Positions 1 to 13,460 of a stretch of 64,000 bases of DNA are shown piece by piece; position 1 is the first letter of the stretch, and every line of letters starts with the position of its first letter. Below the pieces are notes generated by a model, which saw only the letters and a program-made list of their open reading frames with translations, did no database searches and was not told the origin of the DNA. This DNA comes from Synechococcus sp. (lineage in GTDB: Bacteria; Cyanobacteriota; Cyanobacteriia; Thermostichales; PCC-7336). The stretch spans positions 64,570 to 128,569 of the forward strand of contig JBFRWN010000075.1 in assembly GCA_051439605.1 (NCBI GenBank), written 5' to 3'. Position numbers and translations under genes: made by a program.

Positions 1-1
1 C

Positions 2-1003
2 TTCAAGTCCGTTCGGGGCATCGACCTGCCCCGTCCGTTCCCCCGCCTCACCTACGCCGAATCGATGGAACGCTACGGCTGCGATCGCCCCGACACCCGC
101 TTTGGCATGGAATTGGTCAACGTCTCCGAGGTATTTGAAGGCACCAAGTTCAAGATTTTTGCCAAGACCCTCAAGTCCGGCGGCATTATTAAGGCTCTGC
201 CAGTCCCCAGCGGCAACGACAGCATTTCCAACACCAGCATCAAGCCTGGCGGTGAGCTGTTTAGTCTGGTGCAGCAGTACGGGGCTGGCGGTCTAGCCTT
301 CGTGCGGGTACGCGAAGGGGGAGACATCGACACCATTGGCGCCCTGAAAGAGAGTTTGACGGACGAGCTAAAGGCGAAGTTGCTCGAGTTAACCGGTGCT
401 GAAGCGGGCACCTTGCTGCTGTTTGGGGCTGGGGAAGCGGCGATCGTCAACGAATCCCTCAACCGCCTGCGCCTGCATTTGGGTCGCCAGTTGGGCATGA
501 TTCCCGAAGGTCACCTGAATCTGTTGTGGGTCACCGAGTTCCCCATGTTTGAGTGGAACGAGGACGAACAGCGCAACGAAGCACTGCACCACCCCTTCTG
601 TTCTCCTAACCCCGAAGATGTCGACGATATTGTCAATGCTCGCGCCCAAGCCTACGACCTGGTGTGGAACGGGGTAGAGATTGGCGGGGGCAGCCTGCGG
701 ATTTATCAACGGGAGATCCAGGAGAAGGTGTTTGATGCGATTGGTCTATCGATAGACGAGGCTCGCGATAAGTTTGGTTTCTTACTAGAGGCATTCGAGT
801 ACGGCACTCCCCCCCACGGTGGGATTGCCTACGGCTTAGATCGCTTGGTGATGCTGATGGCGGGTGAAGAGTCCATTCGCGATGTGATTGCATTTCCAAA
901 GACTCAGCAGGGCAAGGATTTGATGGTGGACGCACCTGCTGGTGTCGAAGACAAGCAGCTGAAGGAACTGTATGTTGCTTCTACTTACGATCCTGAAGAG
1001 TAA
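2..1003 (+). CDS. aspS: aspartyl-tRNA synthetase, C-terminal part (5' end outside window)
   Basis: Frame open from base 2 ([34 protein letters not shown]). Has the class II motif 3 region [34 protein letters not shown] and [10 protein letters not shown]. Confidence 0.97.
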   Translation, partial: FKSVRGIDLPRPFPRLTYAESMERYGCDRPDTRFGMELVNVSEVFEGTKFKIFAKTLKSGGIIKALPVPSGNDSISNTSIKPGGELFSLVQQYGAGGLAFVRVREGGDIDTIGALKESLTDELKAKLLELTGAEAGTLLLFGAGEAAIVNESLNRLRLHLGRQLGMIPEGHLNLLWVTEFPMFEWNEDEQRNEALHHPFCSPNPEDVDDIVNARAQAYDLVWNGVEIGGGSLRIYQREIQEKVFDAIGLSIDEARDKFGFLLEAFEYGTPPHGGIAYGLDRLVMLMAGEESIRDVIAFPKTQQGKDLMVDAPAGVEDKQLKELYVASTYDPEE

Positions 1004-1041
1004 ATGGTTAGCCATAGCTGGCTCTAAAGCTTACCAATATT

Positions 1042-1081
1042 GAAATAGCGCCTGAAGTTTAATTGCTTCAGGGGCTATTTC
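1042..1081. terminator. imperfect hairpin between convergent aspS and lyase genes
   Basis: GAAATAGCgCCTGAAG ... CTTCAGGgGCTATTTC inverted repeat 38 nt after the aspS stop. Confidence 0.6.
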
Positions 1082-1223
1082 TACTAGACAGCGGGGCTCA
1101 ACTTAAGGGATTCTCGAACGGCTCGTTCATATCGAGAACAATGTCGAACGATTAAGGATGCTCGAAGAGCCTTTAAAAAGGCTATCTTCAACATTCTGTT
1201 GCAGTGACTACGGTAGGCTTCTC

Positions 1224-2528
1224 CTAAACCGCTCGTGGGGCAACTGTACCTCGAAAATGTTGGATGTCATCCATAAAGTAGTGGCGGCGGTTAGTGGTAG
1301 ACCTTTCGGGATCGTCACTCCACTCAGGCTTGTAAAGTCCATGTTTGACAAAGGGCCCGTTCCTGTCGTTGTAGGCATTTGCCCCTCTGCGATTGAGTAC
1401 CAGTTGGTCATTCCGCCACACCCTGATGACACCGTCATTTCTGAAGCTCCACCTCATTTCAAACTGCCATTCTTCCCATCTCCCTTTGGTTAAGTTGCCC
1501 GTCCACACATTGCCTCCATTCATACTTCTTCTGGTTGAGATGCGTCTGGGATCCGAGAACACTGCGAGCTCGAATCGGTTCCCCCTCACGTTCAGTGAGA
1601 CCGGAGGTCTGCGCCAGGGTTCTCCTGCGTCGGGGCGTGAGTGCCACTGGGTAATGTGTTCGAGCGTCGGATCGTTCTGCCAATCTCGGGGAATGAAAGT
1701 GCGGAAGGTATAAGTGTAGGTTTGGCCGTAATTGATATTCATACCTCTAGGCACAATCTCGGCTCTGTGCTTCCCATTCCAGAGACGATCGTTTCTGCGT
1801 AGATCGAAGTGGATCGCCCTCCCATTTCCTGCAGGGTTCCTGACCACCTCGATCGCTCGATTGCTGGTAGCTTGACGATTGACATTTCTGAGTCTTCCAC
1901 TTTCAGCGTTTTCGCGATATATGACCTGGGGCAGAATTTCTGAGTAAGACTGTGCAACAGATTTGTTGAATGCACTAGCGGATTCAATTGAGCCGTTGGA
2001 ATATTCAAGATCCCAATCTCCGCCAAGATCGCTGCTACCAGTCAGGTCATCGGAGGCCGAAATATCTGCCCCAGTGAGGCTGGCTATATCGTCCAAGAAC
2101 GTTATGCCTTCCTGACCTGCGGCAATGTTGCAACCGTAAAACAGAATGTCTGCATCCTCTGTAAGGAACTGCTGCCAGGACTGTAATTGAGTTTCATAGT
2201 TTTCCAGTTGGCTGGCATCGAGGGTGGCAGTGCCCAGTTGCAAGGCACCCTCTGAGCCATGGGAAACAATATGCAGGCTGGAAATGTTTTCAGAGTTGGC
2301 CAAAGCATCGGTAACTTGAGCAATGCCATCGAGGCTATCGTCCAAGACGATGACTTCAGTACCCTCTTTTACTTCGGAGATGAGTGTATCGAGCTGCTCG
2401 ACGGAGGAGTCTACGAACATCAAGCTCACGCCCGAAGATTGCATCAGAGCATTCCCTTCTTGGGAGGTTGCTACAGGGTATTCCACTTGAATATTGGGTT
2501 GCTCGTTCACGAATATTTCTGGAGTCAT
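1224..2528 (-). CDS. DUF4347 domain fused to polysaccharide lyase (heparin-lyase-like jelly-roll) domain
   Basis: N-terminal ~190 aa carry DUF4347 signatures (LHIVSHGSEGALQLG, ILFYGCNIAAG, SASDDLTGSSDLGGDWDLE). The C-terminal part has HRAEI, ITQWHSRP, W..DGVIRVW and GPFVKHGLYKPEW, typical of the Polysacc_lyase family. Confidence 0.8.
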   Translation of the reverse strand: MTPEIFVNEQPNIQVEYPVATSQEGNALMQSSGVSLMFVDSSVEQLDTLISEVKEGTEVIVLDDSLDGIAQVTDALANSENISSLHIVSHGSEGALQLGTATLDASQLENYETQLQSWQQFLTEDADILFYGCNIAAGQEGITFLDDIASLTGADISASDDLTGSSDLGGDWDLEYSNGSIESASAFNKSVAQSYSEILPQVIYRENAESGRLRNVNRQATSNRAIEVVRNPAGNGRAIHFDLRRNDRLWNGKHRAEIVPRGMNINYGQTYTYTFRTFIPRDWQNDPTLEHITQWHSRPDAGEPWRRPPVSLNVRGNRFELAVFSDPRRISTRRSMNGGNVWTGNLTKGRWEEWQFEMRWSFRNDGVIRVWRNDQLVLNRRGANAYNDRNGPFVKHGLYKPEWSDDPERSTTNRRHYFMDDIQHFRGTVAPRAV

Positions 2529-4149
2529 AAAGAATAGGTCCTGTGACTAAAATTCATACAGCTGAGGTGCAAATCGCGACAAATGTTTGCACAAATTATC
2601 CAGACTAAACGTCTACCTAAATGCCTATAGATTTAGATAGCTAAAAACTTGCCGATAAAGTGAAACCAAGAATAATGAAGCAGCAGATGCCTCAACTCCC
2701 CAAGGAGTTCCCAAGAGATAGCTAGAGAATAGTGCTAGGCAAACAAGCTCGAGAAAACTCGTTGCTTGTTGTCCCTGTTCAACGAGACTTCCCTACAAAC
2801 TCCCGTTCAGATGTCTATGTCATCTGCAAAAAAGCACTGGCCCAATATCGAGGGGCTCCGGCCAGGAATTTAGAGAAAGAGAACTGGGTTTGTCGCGTTC
2901 CACAATAATATGTCTGATGCTGTAAGCATCGATGGGTGGGGTCATTGAAGAGCAATCGCTAAATTGCGATCGATCCAAGACTTAGGGGTATAGCTAAATT
3001 CAGCACGACACCGCCACCCAATTGATGGTGAGCAATCGAGGGTCTAATTAGGTATAGATTGAAGCTCATAATCTTAACGAATCTAGATGGGACATGAATT
3101 TCTGTGCCGCAATATTTGCTAAGTCCGAAGGATTCGTAAACGAGTTCCGGATCCGCAATAATCAATGTGCACTTGATTGTTGACGCAGATCGTTTTGCAT
3201 ATGTTTCATCCATTTAGGCACAGGAAGAGTAACAGAGCGTTGCGAAGTGTGCAGATAATGTATTATATATATTTTTTTACAATTCCCTTTACGTATTGCT
3301 TGTTCTCTATACTGATTTTGTCATTATGGACGCCAATATATAGCCAAAATCATTCTTTCAAGACATCCAATTGCCAATGTGATTTAATGTAAACAAATTA
3401 CAATAATTCATGACGCTCCCTTACGTTTATTTCTTTTTCCATGTCGCCTGTTTCTCCCTCCACGCTAAACCAGCTATCGAGGGATGCCAGGCTAATCAAT
3501 ATCTTGTCAGGCGGATGTTTTCCCTCATTCAGAATGCTGATTTGGTAGATGTCGCGTTTGGTTTTCAGAGAGAGACAGATGGCAAATGGTCATCCGGTTC
3601 ATTCAAAAGATCCGTTTAAATCCGAAGCCCCTGAAAGGAGCATTTTTTTGGGCAAAAGTTTCCGGTTGACCACCCAGATATTAAAGGAAGCAGTAAACCA
3701 TGTTGCGTTCATTCGTAGGTCTTAATTCAGAAAAACGTGGGATAAACGATCGTATCTTCCCAAAACAAAGGAGGAGCGGCCAATCCAGTAGTCTCCGACC
3801 TCAAGTCTTCGGGCAAGCAGTGCTTTTTATGCTTATTGACGAATGACCAAATCTCATCCGCCACCTTCGATTCACTTTCTATTGCCTTAATTTCTGTAAA
3901 TGTTGGCTTGCAGTCAGCAAAACGGAAGGTCTATGGGGAGCCTTTCCGACTTCGAGTCGGTAGACTCCGATGGAAACTGGGTCCCGAGCTGCAAAGATAA
4001 TTTCTTACTCGAACAGCAAGACCAGCAAACGCAACACTTTTTTCGCTACCTGCGACCTTTTGCGATCGAAGGCACGGTATTCCACCGAGAATACTAAGAA
4101 TGACTTGAATAGAATGAAAATGTAATGGGTCACCTGGAGGAATGTCCCA

Positions 4150-5514
4150 GTGGTTGCAGCGCGCGCTCAAGTGATTGAAGCAGTCGAGCAATTGGGATTG
4201 AGGGTCACTGTAGGAGAAGTAGCTGCCCACACGGGACTCTCGCTAACACATGCAAGGCAGCAAATTCAAGGGTTAGCTCAGACGGCCGAGGGCCACCTGC
4301 AAGTGTCTAGCGGTGGGGATATTGTCTACGCCTTTCAACCCAGCTTTCGCAACATCCTGGCTCAGAAGGCTCGACAATCCAAGCTTGAGGTCTTCCGACA
4401 GCGGCTGTGGCAAGGCTTTTTGTACGGGTTACGCATATCTTTCGGAGTTGTATTGCTGGTTTCGATCGCTCTAGCGATCGCAGCAATCACGATATTAATC
4501 ATTGCCAGCAGCCGAGACCGAGACAGGCGCTCGGGGGGCGGCAGCTCTCGCCGCTACTCGGGCGGGGGGGGCACCAGTTTTTACGGGGGTGGTTTCTACA
4601 TTCCCAACTTGTGGATAGGCAATCCCTTTTTCCGGCCAATGCGTTCTTTTCGAAGAGGATCTCCATACAGACGCACTGATATCGGCGGCCATTTGGGTTA
4701 CCCCAAGCCCATTCGAAGCCGTCAGCAATTAGAGGAACCCAAAAAGCTCAATTTTTTAGAGGCAGTGTATTCGGTTCTATTTGGGGATGGCAATCCCAAC
4801 GAAGATATTGAAGACAGACAGGACAGTGCCATTGCCAGCCGCATCGCTAAAAACGGTGGGGTGGTAGCTGCCGAAGAAGTCTTGCCCTACCTACAGTCCC
4901 CTCCCGATCGGCTATCTGAGTACGAGGATTTCATGCTGCCCGTACTCGTCAAATACGATGGCTTCCCTAAGGTGAGCGATCGCGGCGAATTGGTATACCA
5001 CTTCCCCCAACTGCAGGTCACTACCGAACAAGCTGTCTCTCGGTTCATACCTGAGACCCTTGAAGAGCAGGCTTGGGGATTCACCATGGCGACAGCAAGT
5101 CAACGCACCACTGTTTTGGCTTTAGGCGTGGTTAATTTTCTGTTGTGGGCCATGCTGCAGAGTTATGCTGGCACCCTTGCTGACATCTTGACTTTGCCTG
5201 TGGGGCTAGTGGCAGGAGTTTTCGGCCTGCTTGCCCTTTACGGAGGAGCGTTTTTAGTAGTGCCCCTGGTGCGCTGGTTTACCCTCCAAAAGCGCAATCG
5301 AATGATAGAAATCAGGAACCAACAAAGACAAAACTGGAGCAGGCAGCTGCAGTCTCCCTCTGAAGCATTACAGCACAAACAAGAATTTGCCCGCCAGTTT
5401 GCCCGTATGGAGATACTGGAAGAGGACGAGGCTATTTATCGCAGCGATCGCGAAGTCATCGAGCAGCGCGATTACCGTCTTGATAGTCCTGAATTTCGTT
5501 CACTCAAAGACTAA
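4150..5514 (+). CDS. conserved cyanobacterial/plastid membrane protein (At5g03900-like)
   Basis: VTVGEVAAHTGL, GHLQVS..GDIVYAF, NFLEAVYSVLFGDGNPN and VLVKYDGFPKVSDRGELVYHFPQLQ match this uncharacterised family. Several TM segments. Confidence 0.75.
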   Translation: MVAARAQVIEAVEQLGLRVTVGEVAAHTGLSLTHARQQIQGLAQTAEGHLQVSSGGDIVYAFQPSFRNILAQKARQSKLEVFRQRLWQGFLYGLRISFGVVLLVSIALAIAAITILIIASSRDRDRRSGGGSSRRYSGGGGTSFYGGGFYIPNLWIGNPFFRPMRSFRRGSPYRRTDIGGHLGYPKPIRSRQQLEEPKKLNFLEAVYSVLFGDGNPNEDIEDRQDSAIASRIAKNGGVVAAEEVLPYLQSPPDRLSEYEDFMLPVLVKYDGFPKVSDRGELVYHFPQLQVTTEQAVSRFIPETLEEQAWGFTMATASQRTTVLALGVVNFLLWAMLQSYAGTLADILTLPVGLVAGVFGLLALYGGAFLVVPLVRWFTLQKRNRMIEIRNQQRQNWSRQLQSPSEALQHKQEFARQFARMEILEEDEAIYRSDREVIEQRDYRLDSPEFRSLKD

Positions 5515-5596
5515 TATTAACGTCAGTTTGATAGTCTTGGCTCTTATGCAAAATGAGTGCCTCCTTAAAGAAAATAGAGTCATTCGAGGCTCATGT

Positions 5597-5637
5597 TCCA
5601 CTTCCCCGAGCTGGGAGAGGAGCTAGGGGAGGGGGCC
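5597..5637. repeat. degenerate cyanobacterial short palindromic intergenic repeat
   Basis: TCCACTTCCCCGAGCTGGGAGAGGAGCTAGGGGAGGGGGC resembles the CCCCTTCTCCC-N-GGGAGAGGGG-N-GGGGTGAGGG repeats common between convergent cyanobacterial genes. Confidence 0.45.
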
Positions 5638-5654
5638 ATCGAACTCAGGCAATA

Positions 5655-6185
5655 TTACAGGCGCTGCCAAATCTGCTGAAGGCGATCTTGAAGGAGTGGC
5701 TTTGCTTGTATTTCCAGAAAAATCTCATGAAATCGCTCCACAGCCATCCCCTCCCCTTCAACCACTTGCTGCATATCTTGCTCCAGTTGTTCTCGAACAA
5801 GATTGACATTTTCTTCAGCGCGTAGAAAGTGGACTAGCTCGCTGGTGTCGATCCCCTGCCGATTATCGCGAATTTTTAAATACCGTTCGGGGGTCAGGTC
5901 TTCGTCTGAGATGGCGGCCGCCAATTCTACTTTTGCAGTTTTCCTCAATTCCACCATCTGTGCAAATGCACGCGCGAAGGTTTCCAGTTCCGCTTGGGAT
6001 AGCGTATCGGTTTCGAATTCGGAAGGGAGTAGCTCTCTACTGGCGGGTGGTTCTATCTGTTCTGTACCGCCTGCCTCTGGCATTGTTTCTGCAGCCTTAG
6101 CCTTAAGCAAGCAGGGGAAGAGGGATATCAACAAAAACATTGAGACGAATGCGATCGTCCAGCAATACAGAAAGAACCGGAGCAT
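5655..6185 (-). CDS. DUF4168 domain exported protein
   Basis: Hydrophobic leader ending in AKA-AE. LETFARAF...EDLTPERY and VEGEGMAVERFHEI...PLLQDRL are DUF4168-like repeats. Start moved to ATG 6185 (GAGG upstream). Confidence 0.7.
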   Translation of the reverse strand: MLRFFLYCWTIAFVSMFLLISLFPCLLKAKAAETMPEAGGTEQIEPPASRELLPSEFETDTLSQAELETFARAFAQMVELRKTAKVELAAAISDEDLTPERYLKIRDNRQGIDTSELVHFLRAEENVNLVREQLEQDMQQVVEGEGMAVERFHEIFLEIQAKPLLQDRLQQIWQRL

Positions 6186-6534
6186 TCCCCTCTCTAGGGC
6201 AGATCTCTTCACTCCTCTCGGCGATTCAACTTCTAAGCAAACCATCCCTAAACAATCCCATTGCTTTGCAAGGCGATCGCCAGCAGAATCAAGCGAACAG
6301 GCCATGACGACCAAACGAAAAATTCACACGCGAGCTGACGATAACAAGTTTTGACGTTAACGAGTTCTGAAGACGATACGTCCTGAAGTTACCCCACCCG
6401 ATATCCAAGCTAACGATAGTTTTACGTATCCACCAGATGCGCTAGCAAAGTTTAATGATTGTCCCAGTAAGATGGCAGTTATTCCCTCCGGGCAAGCGGA
6501 CGTGACCGAGGAATCTGAAGTCCAGTTGGCCTTT

Positions 6535-7275
6535 TTAAGGCTTGGGCAAGTCAGCAGCAATCTCGTAAACCTCATTGATGTATTCAGCCACGTGGGAAGG
6601 AATACCAATTTGGCGGGTGCGAGTCAGTCCTTGACGATAGCTGGCCAAAGTCCAGTGGGTGGCCTGACTTTCCTCCACACCATCAGCCAGCCACGTGTCG
6701 TACAAGGTTCGAATCCAGCGGGTGGTGCCTTCGAGATTTTGACGAATATCGTAGCGATCGCGAATCCCCAAGTCCTTGGCCAGCGAGGCTGAAATTTGCC
6801 CCAACCCCCGCGCTCCGCTGCGGGAGGTGGCTTTGGGGTTAAACCCTGATTCGCGGGCCACTAACCCCGCAATCAAGCGTGGGTCAATGCCATATTCGCG
6901 GCTGTAGTGTTCTGTCCAGCGCGCGATGGTGTCTATTTCGGAGGTTGCGAGATCGGGATTGTAGTTGCGGATCAAACTCGTCAGATCGTTGCTGTAGGTT
7001 TGGGCAAGCAATTGGGTTGAAGTTGAGGCTTTAGTGGAGAATAAAAAACCATCCAGAATAGGAGTATGCAAGGCTTGAGATTGGCGCTGTCGATCGAGGA
7101 AAGGAGAACTATTGGCCCATGCAGAATTGGCGATCGCCCCCGAAATTAAACTGATGCTGATGAGGATGCCCAGGCCAACCCGCCGTTCAAATTGCAGAGG
7201 TAGAAACTCTTCTGTGCAGCCCTTTTTCCGCAAGCAACTTAGTACGCTCCGCTTTGGATGTGCTTGCAGTCCCAT
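6535..7275 (-). CDS. lytic transglycosylase (SLT domain) protein
   Basis: YGIDPRLIAGLVARESGFNPKATSRSGARGLGQ (catalytic ES motif), QNLEGTTRW, LASYRQG, EYINEV. N-terminal signal/TM. Confidence 0.88.
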   Translation of the reverse strand: MGLQAHPKRSVLSCLRKKGCTEEFLPLQFERRVGLGILISISLISGAIANSAWANSSPFLDRQRQSQALHTPILDGFLFSTKASTSTQLLAQTYSNDLTSLIRNYNPDLATSEIDTIARWTEHYSREYGIDPRLIAGLVARESGFNPKATSRSGARGLGQISASLAKDLGIRDRYDIRQNLEGTTRWIRTLYDTWLADGVEESQATHWTLASYRQGLTRTRQIGIPSHVAEYINEVYEIAADLPKP

Positions 7276-7397
7276 CGGTCTTCAACCTCTACTCTGCTGC
7301 CAATACACAGTAGCCGCGATTTAGCGCTATAGCTCTTCCAAAAAGCGTCGAGATCCAACTGGCTACCGCAATGATTTGCAACATCTGTTGCTGGCTA

Positions 7398-7726
7398 TTA
7401 CTTCTTACCAAACATCCGATCGCCAGCATCTCCCAACCCCGAAACACTATATCCGTGCTCGTCCAACCGCTCGTCGATCGCCGCCTTCGTGACCGCCAAC
7501 TCCCCCTTTTCCTTGAGAAAGCGACCGTCCGCTTTCAGGCGATCGTCATCCACCGTCGCCTGTAGCTCAGGAATATTGATTGGGTGGAATTGGTGAGCGT
7601 GGCAAACACCGGCCCCCGCTGCTGCGGATCGGGGTGCCCCCACTGAATGGGTAAGGGTTTTGGTCCAAATCGCCCTGGATGTGAGGTCAGAATGATGTGC
7701 TTGTGGCGTGGGGGCTGCTGGGACAT
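7398..7726 (-). pseudogene. chimeric relic: N-terminal and internal fragments of URC1-type GTP cyclohydrolase II fused to the C-terminus of uracil phosphoribosyltransferase
   Basis: [37 protein letters not shown] is the GTP_CH_N start. After a frameshift, [30 protein letters not shown] is an internal URC1 segment. [28 protein letters not shown] is the Upp C-terminus. Confidence 0.8.
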
Positions 7727-8063
7727 AGGGCGCTAGTCCGACAGGTTAGGGCAGCAGTTTTACTGACTAGAACATGCGTATGTGTCGTTTTAACTGCATA
7801 TTTCTGAGATGCGCATGTGACCGTGATTCAGGGGGATCGCTTTTCTTCAATAGTTAGTGCGATTGACACACCTAAACTGATCGGATAGGACTTACCCATC
7901 AAGTCCCATACAACAATTGTTACCCTGGATGTCTCGGCAAACCTCTTGCAGAAATATCGCCTGTCTGTACTGCTGCAGGAGTAGTCATCTCAGAAAACAC
8001 ACATACTCCGATAGCAGTTTAAAGTAATTTCCTTCACCAGCCCTCGATCGGCCGTTTCCCACC

Positions 8064-11255
<3,192 letters not shown>

Positions 11256-11307
11256 GTGCCGGGCTTAGAGAGTCTTTTGACAGACAAGCAAACAGAGAGG
11301 TTGCAAG

Positions 11308-12150
11308 ATGGCAAGGATGAGTCGGACTTGGTGGGGAGAGCGGTTTTTGGAGGCCATGCAGGAGTTCGCCGAACCGGGGCGGCTGCAACGAGGGCGATCG
11401 TATTCTGGCGAGAGTCGCATTCTCAAGTTCGATATTCGGCACGGTCAGATTACTGCCACCGTGCGGGGCAATCGCAACCCCTATTTTGGGGTATACAAGG
11501 AGCCCAAATACAGTGTGGATGTTGCCCTCACCCCCATTCCGGCGGAGGATTGGCCGGATATTATTCGCCATCTTTCCTCCAAAGCGGGATCGGTGGCAAA
11601 ACTTCTGTTGAACGAGATGCCCGACGGAATTGAAGAGAGCTTCGAGCTGTTGGATTATTTTCTATTGCCGGTTGGCTTTGATGATTTTCAAAGTAGTTGT
11701 TCCTGCCCCGATTGGTCGCGTCCCTGCAAGCATATTGCCGGGGTTTGCTACCGGCTGGCCCAGCAATTGGATCGCGATCCGTTTCTGCTGTTCGAACTGC
11801 GCGGTTTGTCTCGGGAGGACTTACATGCAGAGCTGCTGAAGTCGCCGTTGGGAAAGGCGCTGGCGGCGGAGTTGAGTATTGAGCAGGATTTGAAACCCCA
11901 GCATGTAGAGTCTTTGTTTGTGCGCCCAATGTTGAAGGGGGTGGAGCGATCGCTGGCTCCGAAAGAGTTTTGGCAAGGGGAAAAGCGACTTCCCCAGGCG
12001 GTTAAGTCAGAACTTCCGGCTGCAGTCCCAGCAATATTAATCAAGAAGCAAGGAGACTATCCGCCATTTTGGGACAAAGATAAGTCATTTATTGAGGTCA
12101 TGGAAGAACTGTATACGAGGGTTAAGTTCAAGAACACCAAGATGCTTTGA
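11308..12150 (+). CDS. SWIM zinc-finger protein (YwqB/Rv2102 type)
   Basis: TWWGERF..GRLQRGRSY N-terminus. SWIM motif CSCPDWSRPCKH, followed by DRDPFLLFELRG. Starts 52 nt after the SNF2 gene. Confidence 0.92.
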   Translation: MARMSRTWWGERFLEAMQEFAEPGRLQRGRSYSGESRILKFDIRHGQITATVRGNRNPYFGVYKEPKYSVDVALTPIPAEDWPDIIRHLSSKAGSVAKLLLNEMPDGIEESFELLDYFLLPVGFDDFQSSCSCPDWSRPCKHIAGVCYRLAQQLDRDPFLLFELRGLSREDLHAELLKSPLGKALAAELSIEQDLKPQHVESLFVRPMLKGVERSLAPKEFWQGEKRLPQAVKSELPAAVPAILIKKQGDYPPFWDKDKSFIEVMEELYTRVKFKNTKML

Positions 12151-12186
12151 AGTGTCTACTCGCAGAAACAGTCCTAACACGCTGAA

Positions 12187-13239
12187 TTATGGCACCGACC
12201 AAATCCGGTGGTGATAGTCTGATTCTTTGGCATAAGGATCTTCAGCAATCCCATGATGGTGTTGCCCGTGCTCTCGCCCGTGAGGGTGTTTGTGGTGGTG
12301 CTCGTGACTACGCTCGCCGTGGCTGTGTTCAGCAGCCCCCAAAGCTTCGCTCGTTGCAATCCGAAACTTACACAACTGACAGTTCATCTGAATCTGCCCC
12401 TCCTGAGCCTCCCGCTCCCGCACGTATAGCGACTGCAGCACCGCAGGACTTATTCCCAACTCCGGCAAACAGACAATCTCGGTACCAGAATGAGCTTCGT
12501 TTCTGGCTACCGTCGCCGCCTGAATCTTCTTCACCAACACCCCGGTGAAGAGGAAATAAGGCACCACAATTATCCGCTTAGGCTTCAACAGCAGCGCGCG
12601 ATCGAACCCCACCTCCAAACGCGGGTGAGTAATGCCCACAAAGCACACCTCGATCGCCCCATATCCGCTTCCTTCCCACAGCAGTCGCGCCAGCTTACAA
12701 GCCTCGCTATTGGCCTCCGGATCGCTTGACCCTCGCCCGACAAATAGCAAGGTGGTGTCTGCCCTATCCACCTGCGAACCTGAAATAGCCAAAGAGCCCT
12801 CAAGTGCAGACAAGTTAGCCCTCAATCCTTCCAATAGTTCGGTCGTAATGCCCAAAGGAGCACCGTAGTGGAACGCAATCTGGGGAAATCGTTGACTGAG
12901 AGTATCCAGCTCGTTGGTGATGTCGAATTTGTTATGGCGAGCACCAAATAGCAGCACAGGTAACGCCACAACATCCTTGTATCCCAAGCGATCGCATTCG
13001 GCCACCCCATCCGCAATCGTCGGTTCGGTCAACTCTAGAAAGCAGGGAATAACCGGACGGCGGCAATCGTACTGAGCAAACGCTGCTGCCAGATCTATCA
13101 GAGCTTGACGACCATCGGTATCTCTAGAACCGTGGCCAATGAGTAGGACCGGCAGTGGATCCACATTCTCAACAACAGAAGTGCTAGTCCTTGCTTCATT
13201 CGCGAGAGAATGCTCGATTCGTGGCTTTGATACAGTCAA
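12187..13239 (-). CDS. cbiX: sirohydrochlorin cobaltochelatase CbiX (long form)
   Basis: LLIGHGSRD, CFLELTEP, VGRGSSDPEAN, MNCQLCKFR Fe-S motif and His-rich tail. Start reassigned to TTG 13239 (GAGG upstream) because the longer ORF extension overlaps the 6S RNA. Confidence 0.92.
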   Translation of the reverse strand: MTVSKPRIEHSLANEARTSTSVVENVDPLPVLLIGHGSRDTDGRQALIDLAAAFAQYDCRRPVIPCFLELTEPTIADGVAECDRLGYKDVVALPVLLFGARHNKFDITNELDTLSQRFPQIAFHYGAPLGITTELLEGLRANLSALEGSLAISGSQVDRADTTLLFVGRGSSDPEANSEACKLARLLWEGSGYGAIEVCFVGITHPRLEVGFDRALLLKPKRIIVVPYFLFTGVLVKKIQAATVARNEAHSGTEIVCLPELGISPAVLQSLYVREREAQEGQIQMNCQLCKFRIATSEALGAAEHSHGERSHEHHHKHPHGREHGQHHHGIAEDPYAKESDYHHRIWSVP

Positions 13240-13261
13240 TTCAACCTCACAAACAGAAATT

Positions 13262-13460
13262 CGTTCTCTTGTCTCTGACCGTTGGCATCTCTCCATTGCA
13301 ATTCCACAAATGTGGGCACAACAGGCACTCTCTCCTGACAAGCCTATGGCTGTTTTCATCTCAGTTAGGACAGCACAACCTATGCCTGTCAGGGTTTGGG
13401 ATCGCTGAGATGGCAAAAGCAATTTAACGGCCGCCACAGACGGTGAAATCGTCAAATGAG
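13262..13460 (-). ncRNA. ssaA: 6S RNA (cyanobacterial SsaA)
   Basis: About 200-nt rod on the minus strand: terminal stem GTCT..GGCCGTT / AACGGTC..AGAC, a central bubble, then inner stems CCTGACA/TGTCAGG and GGTTGT/ACAGCC with the AAACAGCC...GGAGAGAG motifs I recall from cyanobacterial 6S RNAs. Extended -10 TGcTACAAT at 13476-13468. Ends approximate. Confidence 0.7.

Noticed and set aside
2959..4097. Short ORFs in the 1.6-kb intergenic region
   Set aside because: No RBS or motif support and an AT-rich promoter-like core. A highly decayed pseudogene cannot be excluded.
4564..4571. G8 tract as phase-variation site
   Set aside because: It is short and explained by Gly codons in a Gly/Ser-rich linker.
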